Origin: an uncultured Clostridia bacterium
Lineage (GTDB): Bacteria > Bacillota > Clostridia > Christensenellales > UBA1242
Direction of reading: 5' to 3'
Length of the DNA: 64,000 bases
NCBI GenBank assembly: GCA_930971385.1
Contig: CAKNGB010000001.1
Span: 263,683 to 327,682, forward strand
Shown here piece after piece: positions 62,646 to 64,000 of the stretch (the stretch's first letter is position 1; every line of letters begins with the position of its first letter). The notes under the pieces are model-generated. The model searched no databases and had not been told where the DNA came from. It saw only the letters and a list, made by a program, of their open reading frames with translations. A program made the translations under genes and the position numbers.

Positions 62646-62977
62646 GTGAGGTGTTAAGAATTTAAAAAATGAATATAATGTAATTATTTTAAAAGGATGG
62701 AAAAATATTTACACACATTAAATAATTTAATTCTCACGTATGACAAATTTTTTTACACCTCACGCTATAATTATATCACTAATAAAAATAAAATGCAAGC
62801 GTTTTCGCTAAAATTTTCAAAATTTTTTTATTTTGCAAATACTTTAAATTTTAACTATTTTCGACAAAATTCGACATTCGTATTAGGTTTTAAGTGAAAT
62901 TATGGCAAAATTTGCGCATTTACCAAAAAATTTTTGCCAAAGCCTTTTTAAATTTTATGAAAATCTTGCAAATTTGT

Positions 62978-63006
62978 TTGTAAATTTGTGTGATTTAATT
63001 TATAAT
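62978..63006 (+). promoter_or_regulatory. Candidate promoter placing the ATG at 63013 at about +7 (leaderless)
   Basis: TTGTAA (62978-62983), 17-nt spacer, TATAAT (63001-63006). Confidence 0.5.
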
Positions 63007-63012
63007 AAAAAC

Positions 63013-63901
63013 ATGAAAGGATTATTTTTATTAATTTTATCCTTAATATTCTTAGGTGGAGCGGTTTCATCCTCTGCCTTTTTTATAAATAATGGCATAA
63101 ACGCGGTTAATACCCAAACAAGCGGGGGGGGGAATCGCAAAGCGATATTTTAGAAAATGACGAAGTGACCGCAAACGCGCCAACCAACGACGGATATTGG
63201 ACAGATTCTGGCAACTATGCGACCTCATTTGCAGGTGGCTCTGGCACTTCCACCGACCCATACCTAATTTCCACGCCACAACAGTTGGCGCGAAATACTA
63301 TATTGCAGGGCAAACCTTAACGGCAAAGGTATATAGCGGAAATGAATATTGCAAGTGGAATAATAATTGGTATGAAGTGGAGCCGATTAAATGGAGGTTG
63401 GATGCTTCATCAAGTCAAAAGGACGGCTATGGAACAACCACAGACACAAACGCGGTGCTTGCCGAAATTGTGTATGTTGACCAATATTCGTCAAGTTCAA
63501 TAGACGCAGGCGAGGGATATTCTAACCAAAGCGTGACCGATTTTATGAGAAACGGCATATCAACCACCTATCTTGTAAACTACACTACTTCCACTCAAAC
63601 TTTTGGCAGTGGAACATCACTTTATGGAACAAACGCCAGCACGACAGCGAGAATGTTTGTTTCTTCTCAAAGCGAGATTAATGCAGTAAATGGCACTATG
63701 AACATCACATTTTCGGACCTTGTGGAAGATATGATTAAATACTATGGCGGAACGAATGTGTATTTTACGCGTGACCTTGGCTCGAACTATAACAACATCA
63801 CTTGCATAAACGCGGTGGGTAAAGAAATCCAACGCTTCGCCACAGATTACCGCGGAGTGCAATTCACCGTTCGCTTCACGGAATATGGCTGTGTGAATTA
63901 A
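63013..63901 (+). pseudogene. Frameshifted (or phase-variable) secreted protein gene: signal peptide, then a GSGTSTDPYLISTPQQLA module, then a DUF6273-like C-terminal domain
   Basis: It is split over three reading frames. The signal peptide frame is 63013-63153 and stops just after the G9 tract. The middle frame runs 63132-63320. The C-terminal frame runs from about 63290 to 63901 (EPIKWRL..., MFVSSQSEI, YFTRDLGS). Confidence 0.7.
63124..63132 (+). repeat. Homopolymeric G9 tract at the first frameshift
   Basis: Nine consecutive G in a low-GC genome. G10 would fuse the signal-peptide frame to the middle frame. Confidence 0.9.
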
Positions 63902-63949
63902 TTGATAAGAATTTAAATTGCTTACGGTTATATTTATTGATTATTAATT

Positions 63950-63975
63950 AAGAGGATAAACATCCTCTTTTTTAT
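63950..63975 (+). terminator. Intrinsic terminator
   Basis: AAGAGGAT-AAAC-ATCCTCTT followed by a T-run. Confidence 0.8.
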
Positions 63976-64000
63976 TGCTTATTATTGGGGTTGGGCGAGC

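Noticed and set aside
62274-63901. Prophage or integrative-element boundary at the tRNA cluster.
   Set aside because: No integrase, recombinase or transposase ORF and no direct repeat of a tRNA 3' end is visible in the window. Only circumstantial features are present (a non-coding AT-rich DNA stretch and a broken surface gene), so no mobile element is called.

Overview
This 64 kb window is low-GC (roughly mid-30s %). It comes from an endospore-forming Firmicute: spoVAC-spoVAD-spoVAE, yunB and a sporulation-type polysaccharide deacetylase are all present. Nearly all genes lie on the + strand. The first 30 kb mixes housekeeping genes (aspS-asnS, tsaE-tsaB, ileS behind a T-box, pepF, tadA, rlmH) with sporulation genes and accessory or orphan genes. 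The accessory genes include a 1372-aa GLUG-repeat surface protein, an Asn-rich lipoprotein, a double zinc-ribbon protein with a poly-Asp tail, two small Cys-rich proteins, two tandem CPBP proteases and a HEPN-like/CBS fusion. Positions 30.5-61.3 kb form one co-directional translation super-cluster: rpsB-tsf, rpsL-rpsG-(orf)-fusA-tuf, (orf662), frr-uppS-cdsA-rseP, (513-aa exonuclease), rimP-nusA-ylxR-ylxQ-infB-rbfA-nrnA-truB, an nfo-like gene, efp, lepA-hemW, ylxM-ffh-rpsP-KH-rimM-trmD, rbgA and yraN. Six tRNA genes follow, then a degraded or phase-variable surface-protein gene. The items most worth follow-up are: (1) a stand-alone protein resembling the PolC front end (NTD + OB + proofreading exonuclease) in the slot where polC normally sits; (2) a HEPN (RNxxxH) + CBS-pair protein; (3) a bacterial tRNA-Leu with an A34 (AAG) anticodon, alongside tadA and a strong CTT codon preference; (4) a dispersed palindromic repeat family (core GTAGTATGCA/TGCATACTAC) found just after stop codons and once inside truB; (5) a 161-nt helix-closed spacer next to tRNA-Phe that carries a perfect 16-nt antisense match to the tRNA-Phe anticodon arm; (6) orphan ORFs inserted into the normally invariant str operon and between tuf and frr. 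All calls rest on reading the sequence and ORF translations by eye. No database, HMM or folding software was run, so family names are motif-level recognitions and coordinates of regulatory elements are approximate.
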